Virus record (IMG/VR): IMGVR_UViG_3300029243_000160
Coordinates: 81,209-145,208 of that record
Origin: a virus
DNA: 64,000 bases
Reading direction: 5' to 3' (one strand)
Shown in pieces: positions 44,246-51,969 of this stretch. The notes under the pieces were generated by a model, which saw only the letters and a list, made by a program, of their open reading frames with translations, made no database searches and was not told the DNA's origin. The stretch's first letter is position 1. Each line of letters begins with the position of its first letter. A program made the translations under genes and the position numbers.

Positions 44246-45049
44246 TCAAAAAAGTTGAATGTGTTTCAGTCCTTTTTCAAGGTCAAAGTCCGGATAAGGT
44301 TCTCTCTTACTCAGATTCCGGAGCAGGTTTTCATATTCCAGAATGTTATTCATAAGAGCCGACATATCTTCTTTCAGTTCTGTCAGTAACTGATTGTGAG
44401 ATACTTCTCCCCATTCGCCCCACTGTTGACAGGGGTTATGGTCGATTTCAGAATGGTCTTTTCTGCCGTAGGTGTCTGTCGCAATAGTGATTCTCTCAGC
44501 AATTTCAGCAACAGTCTTATCGCCCTCATTGGCTACAGAATAATTGACTGCAAAGCTATTTGTCTGTGCTGTGTTCTCCGCAGAGAATGCAAGACGGTCT
44601 GCTGCCAGTCTGCGTTCCCATTCGTCTTTATCAAATGAGCCACGCTTTTTTGCTCTCTTGGTACGAACTTCTTCTGATGCGTTTACTTGTACTACAAAGC
44701 AATCATATTTTCCGAAGTAAGAAACATAGTCCTTTGCTCCCTGCACATCTACGATAGCCACATAGTCCTGCTCTGGGTTTAACTGCATCTTTGGAGTGCC
44801 ATAATACCAGACATCTTCCTTGCCGTTCCAGATAGTGTTGTAAGAACGATACTCAAAGAATCGTCCCTCAGAGATGCCCTTTTCAAATTCCTTTCTGGAG
44901 ATAAAGTTGTAGTCCTTGCCGTTGACCTCTCCCTTACGCATCGGACGTGTAGTGGTTGTCACGATTTCACGGAATCCGTGATTCGCAACCAGTTCTCTCA
45001 GAATTGCATCTTTGCCACTTGCAGACATTCCTATCAGTATCGTCAACAT
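44246..45049 (-). CDS. Guanylate-kinase-like nucleotide kinase with a ~100-aa C-terminal extension
   Basis: GMSASGKD (P-loop), TTTRPMRKGEVNGKDYNFISRKEFE and FFEY...YGT are present. SD AAAGGTGGA. Confidence 0.85.
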   Translation of the reverse strand: MLTILIGMSASGKDAILRELVANHGFREIVTTTTRPMRKGEVNGKDYNFISRKEFEKGISEGRFFEYRSYNTIWNGKEDVWYYGTPKMQLNPEQDYVAIVDVQGAKDYVSYFGKYDCFVVQVNASEEVRTKRAKKRGSFDKDEWERRLAADRLAFSAENTAQTNSFAVNYSVANEGDKTVAEIAERITIATDTYGRKDHSEIDHNPCQQWGEWGEVSHNQLLTELKEDMSALMNNILEYENLLRNLSKREPYPDFDLEKGLKHIQLF

Positions 45050-45108
45050 AAATCATTCCACCTTTCTATTTGTTCCTTACTGTTAGTTTTCGTTTGTTTT
45101 CGTTTCTT

Positions 45109-45693
45109 TCAGACATGAAACTCGGTCTTTACAAGCCAGTATGTTTCAGCCTTTTTCAAATTTTTCTCACGCTCTGCACGTTCCATGCTACGACGCTTAT
45201 CAATCAAGACAATTGCTTTTTCTTTCAATGCCTTGATTCTTTTCTGTGTTGTTTCCGGTCTGAGGTCTTTTCTGCATACCGGACAAATATTCGGACAAAT
45301 ATTCGACCGCAGATATTTCAGTGCAATTTTTGAACCGCAGTTCTTACAGCCAACAGTTGCACTCTTATGATTTCCAAAATGAAACGCTTCGTTCAATGTA
45401 CGATAAGCCACAATTGCCTGTCTTGCCTTTTCTGTAGTGTTTTCCAGAGCCTTGGAAGGCACGAAGTCATTCTGATACTTGAACTGAACCGCAACCTGTC
45501 TGTAAAAGCCACCCAGATTATTCAGATATTTCTCTGCATCTTCTCTGCTGTCAAAGCAACGATTCTGCCACTCGATGCTTGTGATTGGTGTATGATAATC
45601 ACCGTCACGTTCTGCACGAGCAGAAACCATCGCAAGAATCCGTTCTTTGCTTGTTGTCACCTTAAAATCGTCATGATGAATTTCGTGTCCCAT
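45109..45693 (-). CDS. Hypothetical protein with a zinc ribbon
   Basis: First gene after the cassette promoter at 45744. SD AAGGAG. CKNCG...CPVC. Confidence 0.6.
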   Translation of the reverse strand: MGHEIHHDDFKVTTSKERILAMVSARAERDGDYHTPITSIEWQNRCFDSREDAEKYLNNLGGFYRQVAVQFKYQNDFVPSKALENTTEKARQAIVAYRTLNEAFHFGNHKSATVGCKNCGSKIALKYLRSNICPNICPVCRKDLRPETTQKRIKALKEKAIVLIDKRRSMERAEREKNLKKAETYWLVKTEFHV

Positions 45694-45743
45694 AATTCAA
45701 AACTCCTTATTTTTTGTTTGGTTTCTTGTACCTTACATATATT

Positions 45744-45809
45744 ATTATAGCACAGTAGTGTACAAATGTCAAGTGCTTTTAGATGTTTACTCTGTAAAAT
45801 ATCCGTTAT
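45744..45809 (-). promoter_or_regulatory. Type-1 cassette promoter plus 24-bp box; its downstream flank matches the type-2 cassette
   Basis: Exact 30-mer. -10 at 45744-45749, -35 at 45767-45772, box at 45786-45809. ACCTTACATATA lies at 45730-45741. Confidence 0.8.
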
Positions 45810-45851
45810 GTAAGTATCAGAATATTTGTACACCATGCCGAATAAAACAAT

Positions 45852-45880
45852 AAAAAAGCCAGTACCAAAACGATACTGAC
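45852..45880 (-). terminator. Intrinsic terminator
   Basis: Minus strand GTCAGTATC-GTTTT-GGTACTGGC followed by TTTTTTATT. Confidence 0.65.
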
Positions 45881-45889
45881 TTATAGCGG

Positions 45890-46225
45890 TTATAAATCTA
45901 TTTCATAGCTGTCTTTTTCGGCTGTAAGAGAATGTTCAGTAGGTTCTTCTTTGGGTTCAGCTGCTTTTGGAGCAGGCTCTGACTTGTGCTGAGGTTTAGC
46001 TTGATTGACGATATTTTTTTGATACAGTTCTTTTACCTGCTCAAAAAGTTGTTCAAAAAGCTGTGGTGACATTTCCTCTGCTTTCTTACCTGTTGCCTGC
46101 TCAATGATTGTGCGTACAGCTTTGTCTTCTTCTGAGAGAGAATTGTTTGGAATATCCGTCTGAACTGACGGTTGAGAAGGAATTGTTTGAGATATATCCT
46201 GCTTTTGCTCTGGCTTTTTTGTCAA
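45890..46225 (-). CDS. Possible disordered small protein (uncertain)
   Basis: The only available start is TTG46225, with no SD. The composition is protein-like and an intrinsic terminator follows at 45852-45880. It could be a gene remnant. Confidence 0.35.
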   Translation of the reverse strand: MTKKPEQKQDISQTIPSQPSVQTDIPNNSLSEEDKAVRTIIEQATGKKAEEMSPQLFEQLFEQVKELYQKNIVNQAKPQHKSEPAPKAAEPKEEPTEHSLTAEKDSYEIDL

Positions 46226-46239
46226 TGGTAGCTATAGCA

Positions 46240-46463
46240 AACACAACCTTTATATAAAATTTAAGAGGGTGGTGAATTACCGCAGTAATACTACCACCCT
46301 CTAGTGACTGATTTTACCGTTGTCCGAACCAACAACATCGACCCTTATGTTCGACAGTAGAGCGAAGATTATTTCGTTGCTTCGCCAACGCTCTGTATCT
46401 TTCGCAACAGAGTTGGTCACAACTGTAACCACCGGATTGAATCGTGTCAGCCCACGCTGTTAT
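46240..46463 (-). ncRNA. Candidate ~225-nt structured RNA
   Basis: It runs from the promoter at 46470-46498 to a perfect 10-bp hairpin AGAGGGTGGT...ACCACCCTCT (46267-46305). It holds several further hairpins (CCAAC.CTCTGT/ACAGAG.GTTGG, GCGAAG/CTTCGC, GTCGAAC/GTTCGGAC) and no ORF. Confidence 0.45.
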
Positions 46464-46469
46464 TCTTAT

Positions 46470-46498
46470 TATACGCTAAACCACAAGAAAAATCAATA
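46470..46498 (-). promoter_or_regulatory. Promoter TTGATT-17-TATAAT
   Basis: -10 at 46470-46475, -35 at 46493-46498. Confidence 0.6.
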
Positions 46499-46617
46499 AA
46501 TCTTCATTGTATTTTTAAGAATATTTCGTGAATCAAGATGATGAATAAAAGAAAAAACCACCAGCAGGATTGCCAGTGGTCTTTCCTCTATTGAATTTTT
46601 GAAGGATATGTCTTAGA

Positions 46618-49600
46618 TTACTTTGTCACAGGCAGGGTGTCGATATAGCGAACCAAGAACTGCAACAGTGTGGTTGCATCGTTGGCATCAATCTTGTCAT
46701 CAGAGAAGGTGTTTGCATTGATTGCTGCCTGTCCCTTCAAAGTGACAGTGCCAATTACGGTCTTGTTGAGCATAACTGCATCTGCAAGGTCTACCTTGCC
46801 GTCCAAGTTCAAATCGCCATACAGCGTTTCCTTCGGAACACCAGTGCCTGTTGCTGTGGTGGTTGTACCAGAGCCTGTTCCGTCAGTAGTGTCACTTACA
46901 GTAGTCACGCTTTCGCTTGCGGTGGTAGTTGCACTGACGTTTTCAGAAGTCTGGTCTGTGCCTGCTCCTGTAGAGGTGCTGTTGCTGTCCACAGTGGACG
47001 AAGTGACATCGGTCGTAGAAACAGTTGTCTCTGTTTCAGAACCGCTTACAGAGGATTCTGAGCCGTCTGTGGTGGTTGTCACAGCAGTGGTAGTTGTCTG
47101 CTTCGCAGAAGCGTTGATTACCAGTGTGCCAGTCACCTTGTCGTAGTTTTCATCATCGGGAGTATATTCCCATGTCAGAGTATTATCGCCTTCGGTCAGC
47201 TTCTTTACTTCATCGACTACCCATGAAACAGAACCACTCGGTGTGTCCTTGCCCAGAATCGGGTCAGGCAGGTCATCTCCAGCTTCGTAGTCCTTGTCCG
47301 GAACGCTGACTTCCACATTCTTGACAGTTCCCTTTGCGATTCGGAATGTCAGGAGCAGGTCAGCTGTAGTGCCGTTTTCTGCGGTTACGGTGTAAGTTAC
47401 CTTCTTTTCTCCGGATTCCATCGGAGTACCGTTCAGCTTTGTGTCGTCCAGTTCGATGCCCTTAACAGCTTCACTGCCCTCAGCCAGAGCAACAGACTTC
47501 ACACCGCCGACCTTGCCGGAGTTCTTCACATACCCAGCAATGTTGATAGGATTCATCTTTTCTCCGTATGTCAGGTCGATTGTGCTGTTTTCTGCGGTCA
47601 CGTCCAGAACAATATCTGTTACAGTACCCTTTTTCAGGTCGTTCATATCAACATCTCTGTAGCCGTCCGTGATTTCACCGACATTTATAGGGTGTTCCAC
47701 AACATTACCGTAACTGTCGTCTTCCTCTGCAAGGAAAGTCAGTCTGTAGTTGCCAGTAGGCAGCAGAACATCATACTTGCCTTCCTTAACAGCATAGCAG
47801 GCTGCACCAGCTGCATAAGCTTCTGCCGGAGAGCTGTACTTGCTGTCGTAGATGTAAATTTTGCCGTCTGTTGCGTTGTTATCTTCCACATAAGAAGGGT
47901 ACATTCCTTTGAACGTATTCAGGCGAATCCGCACAAGGTCTGTGCCATTCGTCAGCTCATAGGTGCAGTCAGGCAGGAACAGCTTCTTGGAATTGTCTGC
48001 ATCGGTGGAGACCTTTACTGCCGGAGCATCTTCCTTGCAGTCACGCAGTTCCTCGGACTGGATATTGTAAGAGCCGTTGCCATTCAGATATGCAGTGGAA
48101 ACTTCCCGAATATCCTGTGTCCCTTCCGGAGCTGTCAGCTTGTAGTCAGAATCGTGTGTCGCAAATGCCAGCTTTCCATTCAGGAACATGGCGAAGTAAT
48201 CGCTGCCTGCATCGTCAAACATCTTCTGCACATCTTCTGCTCCATACTTGGAATCGGAATCGACCAGCAAATTGCCGTCCTTATCGAAAGAACTGTTCAC
48301 TGTGAACTTGTAATCGCCCTTTGCAGTATACAGTTCCTGCAAGCCAGTGCTGTACACGCCGTCCTGCTCTGTAGACTGGTCGAAGCTGTTCGCAGAATCT
48401 TTGTTTTTCAGCTGGTCAGTAATCAGGCTGAAATCCTTTTCAGAATCAACCTTTCCGGTTTCTGCATTTGTAATGCCGCTGATGTCATTTGTGTCGAAAA
48501 TCGTATCGTACTCAGTCTGGTCATCTGTTACCGGAGAAGTCAGTCCCAATTCAGTGTAATACTTGGAATAGCCATAGCTCTTGATGAACTTTCCGATATA
48601 GTCTCTGTCGTACTCTGTGTTCGGCATCATGGTGTAGCCATACGGCTGTCCATTAGAAGTGAATCCTGCAATGTAGAAGCCACTGCTTTCCAGACTGTCG
48701 TTTGCGTAGCCAGCATTGAACTCAGCCCCTACTGGAGCACCGCCCTTATATGCAGCCACGATTTCCGGCTTGAACTTGTAATACATGGTGTAATCGGTCT
48801 CATCGTTCAGATTGATTGCAAACGCATAGCCGCCCTTGACGGTATAGTCAATATTTCCAGTGTCTGCGTTCTTAAAGTACAACCCCTCAAACTTCGGTGC
48901 TGCATATGCAACAGAAAAATTCTTTTTGCCAATGCTGGAGATGCTGTCCCCAGCGTTGTTCAGACGATAAATCTCCATATACGCACCATTTGCACCACTT
49001 GCATCACGAATGTCATCAACAGCCATCAGCAGTCCGGTGTCGTTCGGCACATAAGTGACTGGCTGTCCGTTGTACATTGTCATCATGCAGTCTGCATTGC
49101 TGGTAAAGTAGCCTGTCAGAGAATTGCCGTCTTCATCGAACACACGATAAAACTCATTGGTCTTGGTCTTGCTTGTTACCATAGACAAATCCAGAGGAAC
49201 AGCATTTGTGAACAGGTCTGCAATCGGAGTGTAACTGCTGCCACTCTTAGCAATGCGAATCGGAATCAGCATACCGCCAATCTTAGAGCCACCATGAACC
49301 TCAGCAAACACAGTAGTGTAGCCTGCCTCGTACATCTCACCCAGAATGGTGTCGCAGATAACACGGTTTGTGACCTTTGCTGTGTACTTTGAGAAGTTCT
49401 CTGTGGCAATAATAGAAAAACCGATGCTGAACTTGTTGTCCTTGACATTGGTGTCCTCGTAAGAATACTTTGTCAGGCTGTTTTCAAATGCCATGTACGG
49501 CAGGACAATGTTCATGTCCGTGTCCTTGACTACATACACACCCTTGGAAAGCGTGGCTTCTGCCGCCATTGACTTGTCCGTACCTGTGGTTGTATAGTTC

Positions 49601-49698
49601 ACTGCACTTGCTGTCATTCCAGCAAGCGAGGTTGCCATACAAGTAACGGCAGTCAGCACCGCTACGCAGGTCTTCAATTTGTTGTGATTTGTTCTCAT
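46618..49698 (-). CDS. Large secreted surface protein with a C-terminal type-I dockerin
   Basis: ATG49698 with SD GGAG. Signal peptide. T/S-rich linker. C-terminal GDLNLDGKVDLADAVMLNK...DKIDANDATTLLQF is a duplicated Ca-binding dockerin motif. Confidence 0.85.
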   Translation of the reverse strand: MRTNHNKLKTCVAVLTAVTCMATSLAGMTASAVNYTTTGTDKSMAAEATLSKGVYVVKDTDMNIVLPYMAFENSLTKYSYEDTNVKDNKFSIGFSIIATENFSKYTAKVTNRVICDTILGEMYEAGYTTVFAEVHGGSKIGGMLIPIRIAKSGSSYTPIADLFTNAVPLDLSMVTSKTKTNEFYRVFDEDGNSLTGYFTSNADCMMTMYNGQPVTYVPNDTGLLMAVDDIRDASGANGAYMEIYRLNNAGDSISSIGKKNFSVAYAAPKFEGLYFKNADTGNIDYTVKGGYAFAINLNDETDYTMYYKFKPEIVAAYKGGAPVGAEFNAGYANDSLESSGFYIAGFTSNGQPYGYTMMPNTEYDRDYIGKFIKSYGYSKYYTELGLTSPVTDDQTEYDTIFDTNDISGITNAETGKVDSEKDFSLITDQLKNKDSANSFDQSTEQDGVYSTGLQELYTAKGDYKFTVNSSFDKDGNLLVDSDSKYGAEDVQKMFDDAGSDYFAMFLNGKLAFATHDSDYKLTAPEGTQDIREVSTAYLNGNGSYNIQSEELRDCKEDAPAVKVSTDADNSKKLFLPDCTYELTNGTDLVRIRLNTFKGMYPSYVEDNNATDGKIYIYDSKYSSPAEAYAAGAACYAVKEGKYDVLLPTGNYRLTFLAEEDDSYGNVVEHPINVGEITDGYRDVDMNDLKKGTVTDIVLDVTAENSTIDLTYGEKMNPINIAGYVKNSGKVGGVKSVALAEGSEAVKGIELDDTKLNGTPMESGEKKVTYTVTAENGTTADLLLTFRIAKGTVKNVEVSVPDKDYEAGDDLPDPILGKDTPSGSVSWVVDEVKKLTEGDNTLTWEYTPDDENYDKVTGTLVINASAKQTTTTAVTTTTDGSESSVSGSETETTVSTTDVTSSTVDSNSTSTGAGTDQTSENVSATTTASESVTTVSDTTDGTGSGTTTTATGTGVPKETLYGDLNLDGKVDLADAVMLNKTVIGTVTLKGQAAINANTFSDDKIDANDATTLLQFLVRYIDTLPVTK

Positions 49699-49755
49699 TG
49701 GAAAAATCTCCTTTGCAAAAAAGATATTTCGGCTTGTTTCAGCCGTTCGTTTGAT

Positions 49756-49804
49756 TGGAACGATGTGGACTTGAACCACTTCGAGGCAGCTACCCTCACG
49801 TTCC
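49756..49804 (-). ncRNA. 49-nt mini tRNA-like element: acceptor-like stem, one 4-bp/7-nt arm and a canonical T-arm
   Basis: Minus strand GGAACGT|GAGG-GTAGCTG-CCTC|GAA|GTGG-TTCAAGT-CCAC|A|TCGTTCC|A. The T-loop TTCAAGT is canonical. There is no encoded CCA. Confidence 0.4.
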
Positions 49805-49914
49805 GTCTATCAAAGGAGAGTTTTCGCTTATAGAAAAATCATGTTACGTTTATCACTTCCTTTCAAGCCATTTTCTTCTTGCCGTCAATGCTTCTGCTTC
49901 CGAGAAAAACACTA

Positions 49915-50451
49915 TCACCTCTTTTTCTCATTGTCTTTTTTTCTATCAAGAATCTGGCAGACCTTTGTTGCGACTTCGCTTGAACCAAACTTTGCAACGA
50001 TAAGCACATCAGGTGTTTCTTGGGGCATATATGGCACATATACAAACTCATGGTATTTTAGGCTAAGCCCTACATAGTATGCGTTTTCTTCTGTGCCATC
50101 GACAAGTTCCGGACAAAAAGCATCGTGCATTCTTTCTACCTTTAGCACAGCGTCTATTTTTTCCGCAACCTGCTCTGCTCTTTCTTTGGACAAGAAATAG
50201 TTGCTGTTCCGGAACAGTCTTGTCCCGATTGTTTCTGTGATGTCATAGCAACTTCTTCCTGTCGGCTCATTGCATTGAATGACATTTACACCATAGTCTC
50301 CAAGCTGGATATACCAGAACGGCTCTCCAGCACCAACACGTTGAATATCCGGTTCATCTTCAATCTCCTGCAAACGCTTTATTTCTTCTTGCAACTTGGC
50401 AATCTCATTGTTTGCCTGTTCGATTCTTTCATGTGCTTCCTGCATTGTCAT
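49915..50451 (-). CDS. Hypothetical protein with an N-terminal coiled coil
   Basis: 178 aa with SD AAGGAG. Confidence 0.6.
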   Translation of the reverse strand: MTMQEAHERIEQANNEIAKLQEEIKRLQEIEDEPDIQRVGAGEPFWYIQLGDYGVNVIQCNEPTGRSCYDITETIGTRLFRNSNYFLSKERAEQVAEKIDAVLKVERMHDAFCPELVDGTEENAYYVGLSLKYHEFVYVPYMPQETPDVLIVAKFGSSEVATKVCQILDRKKDNEKKR

Positions 50452-50463
50452 ACCGCATTCTCC

Positions 50464-51312
50464 TTACTTGAAAATTGTTCCTTTGCATACCTGCGAATTG
50501 TCGGTTATTTCGATAGTGCTGGTTTCTCCCAACTCTATCACAACAGAAGCTGATTCACCGCCAAACGGCACAATGCCTTTGAAGTTATCGCAGTAAATCT
50601 TTCCGTCTTTCAAAACGCCGACATTTCCACGACCATCATGAATTGTACAGCCGTCACGCAGTGTTCTGGTATAGGCGAGCCTGCCAACGTAGTTCGGAAT
50701 ATACTTCTCGCTTTTGTACTCCGGATATTTCTCTGTCAGCTCTTGATACATCTCCGGTGCGATTTCCTGCATCTCCTTCAAAATATCAGCCACATATTCA
50801 AGATAATATTTTTCTAAGCTTTCTCCAAATATATTTCGTGGTGAATATGAAAGAATGGCGTTTAGCAGCTGTATATTCATATCGACAATTGGAATACAAA
50901 ATTCCGATGTCACGATGTTACTCCATAACACATATCCGGACACCACTTCTCTGGGAGAATCATCTTCTTTTGCTTTTCTTGCTCTTACGCAGCCAGTGCT
51001 AAACCAATAATTATCTCCAACAACTGCAAATCGGTTATATAAAGGGCTTTTTAACCTAGCATATGTTTCATCGCTTATGTATTTCTGGCGGAACGCTCCA
51101 TACTTCTTTGCTCGGCTAGTGTAGCCTTTTTCCGTTGTCACTGTTCCGTTAGGGCATTTAATGCCCAGTCTTCTCACACACAGGCACTTTCCTTCTTTGT
51201 AAAGAGAACATTTGTCCGGACACTCACAGTAAATTGTGTCGCCTTGTAACGGAACTTCTTTCCCTTTGAATATTGATTTACCACCATACAAACCCACACA
51301 AATTTTTCCCAT
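50464..51312 (-). CDS. Hypothetical Cys-rich protein
   Basis: ATG51312 (MGKICVG) lies 10 nt after AGGAG. Confidence 0.6.
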   Translation of the reverse strand: MGKICVGLYGGKSIFKGKEVPLQGDTIYCECPDKCSLYKEGKCLCVRRLGIKCPNGTVTTEKGYTSRAKKYGAFRQKYISDETYARLKSPLYNRFAVVGDNYWFSTGCVRARKAKEDDSPREVVSGYVLWSNIVTSEFCIPIVDMNIQLLNAILSYSPRNIFGESLEKYYLEYVADILKEMQEIAPEMYQELTEKYPEYKSEKYIPNYVGRLAYTRTLRDGCTIHDGRGNVGVLKDGKIYCDNFKGIVPFGGESASVVIELGETSTIEITDNSQVCKGTIFK

Positions 51313-51324
51313 AGTTCTCATCTC

Positions 51325-51543
51325 CTACGACAAAACAATACATTTATATCCGTCCATTTTTTCTGCTTCTTCAAAAGCAATGTCTTCGTATAACACGTTA
51401 TCTGTACCAGACACTTCCACATAAGCGTTGTCAACGCTAACAGCATACTTACAACAACCATTGTATTGTCGCATTACAACCTCGCAATTTTTCAAGCCGT
51501 CCGGAATCTCCTGCAACTGTTGAATCAACTCATTCACAGTCAT
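51325..51543 (-). CDS. Hypothetical small protein
   Basis: ATG51543 lies 9 nt after TAGGAG. Confidence 0.5.
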   Translation of the reverse strand: MTVNELIQQLQEIPDGLKNCEVVMRQYNGCCKYAVSVDNAYVEVSGTDNVLYEDIAFEEAEKMDGYKCIVLS

Positions 51544-51769
51544 TTGTTTCATCTCCTAACACGTTTATAACTTCGTACTTGCACCAGAAAAAGCCCTTCT
51601 TTGCATATCTTACGATTGCTTCTCTCGCTTCTTCTTTGGAGTAGCAGAAACCGAATCGAACTGTCTGTCCTCTGTTGTCCTCTCCAGAAATAAGATAAAT
51701 CTCTTCTGGTAGCATTACATTATTCACTTGTCCATACACCTCTTGTGGAAACTTTGCAGGATTCTGCAT
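51530..51769 (-). CDS. Hypothetical small protein
   Basis: This is the first ATG after the predicted TSS of the cassette promoter at 51805. No clear SD. Confidence 0.45.
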   Translation of the reverse strand: MQNPAKFPQEVYGQVNNVMLPEEIYLISGEDNRGQTVRFGFCYSKEEAREAIVRYAKKGFFWCKYEVINVLGDETNDCE

Positions 51770-51804
51770 AGATTTACGATTGTTCGTGTTTCTTACAATA
51801 TCTA

Positions 51805-51870
51805 TTATAGCACAGTAGTGTACAAATGTCAAGCGTTTTGCTCGTTTTACTCTGTAAATTATTCGTTATG
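51805..51870 (-). promoter_or_regulatory. Type-1 cassette promoter plus 24-bp box
   Basis: Exact 30-mer. -10 at 51805-51810, -35 at 51828-51833, box at 51847-51870. Confidence 0.8.
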
Positions 51871-51913
51871 AAACAGATGACATTTTATATACATTGCACA
51901 ATTCACTGCAAAC

Positions 51914-51942
51914 AAAATCAGCCCATGCCGAAGCACAGACTG
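51914..51942 (-). terminator. Intrinsic terminator with a UUCG tetraloop
   Basis: Minus strand CAGUCUGUGC-UUCG-GCAUGGGCUG followed by AUUUUG. A homologous copy at 59190-59219 carries a compensatory G-C to A-U change. Confidence 0.7.
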
Positions 51943-51969
51943 ACTGTTTTGAGATAGATATGTAGGCAA

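Noticed and set aside
46400-46463. GGGCTGACACGATTCAATCCGG resembles the 5' end of tmRNA (GGGGCUGAUUCUGGAUUCGAC).
   Set aside because: There is no matching 3' T-arm/ACCA partner and no tag reading frame, and the transcript is too short.
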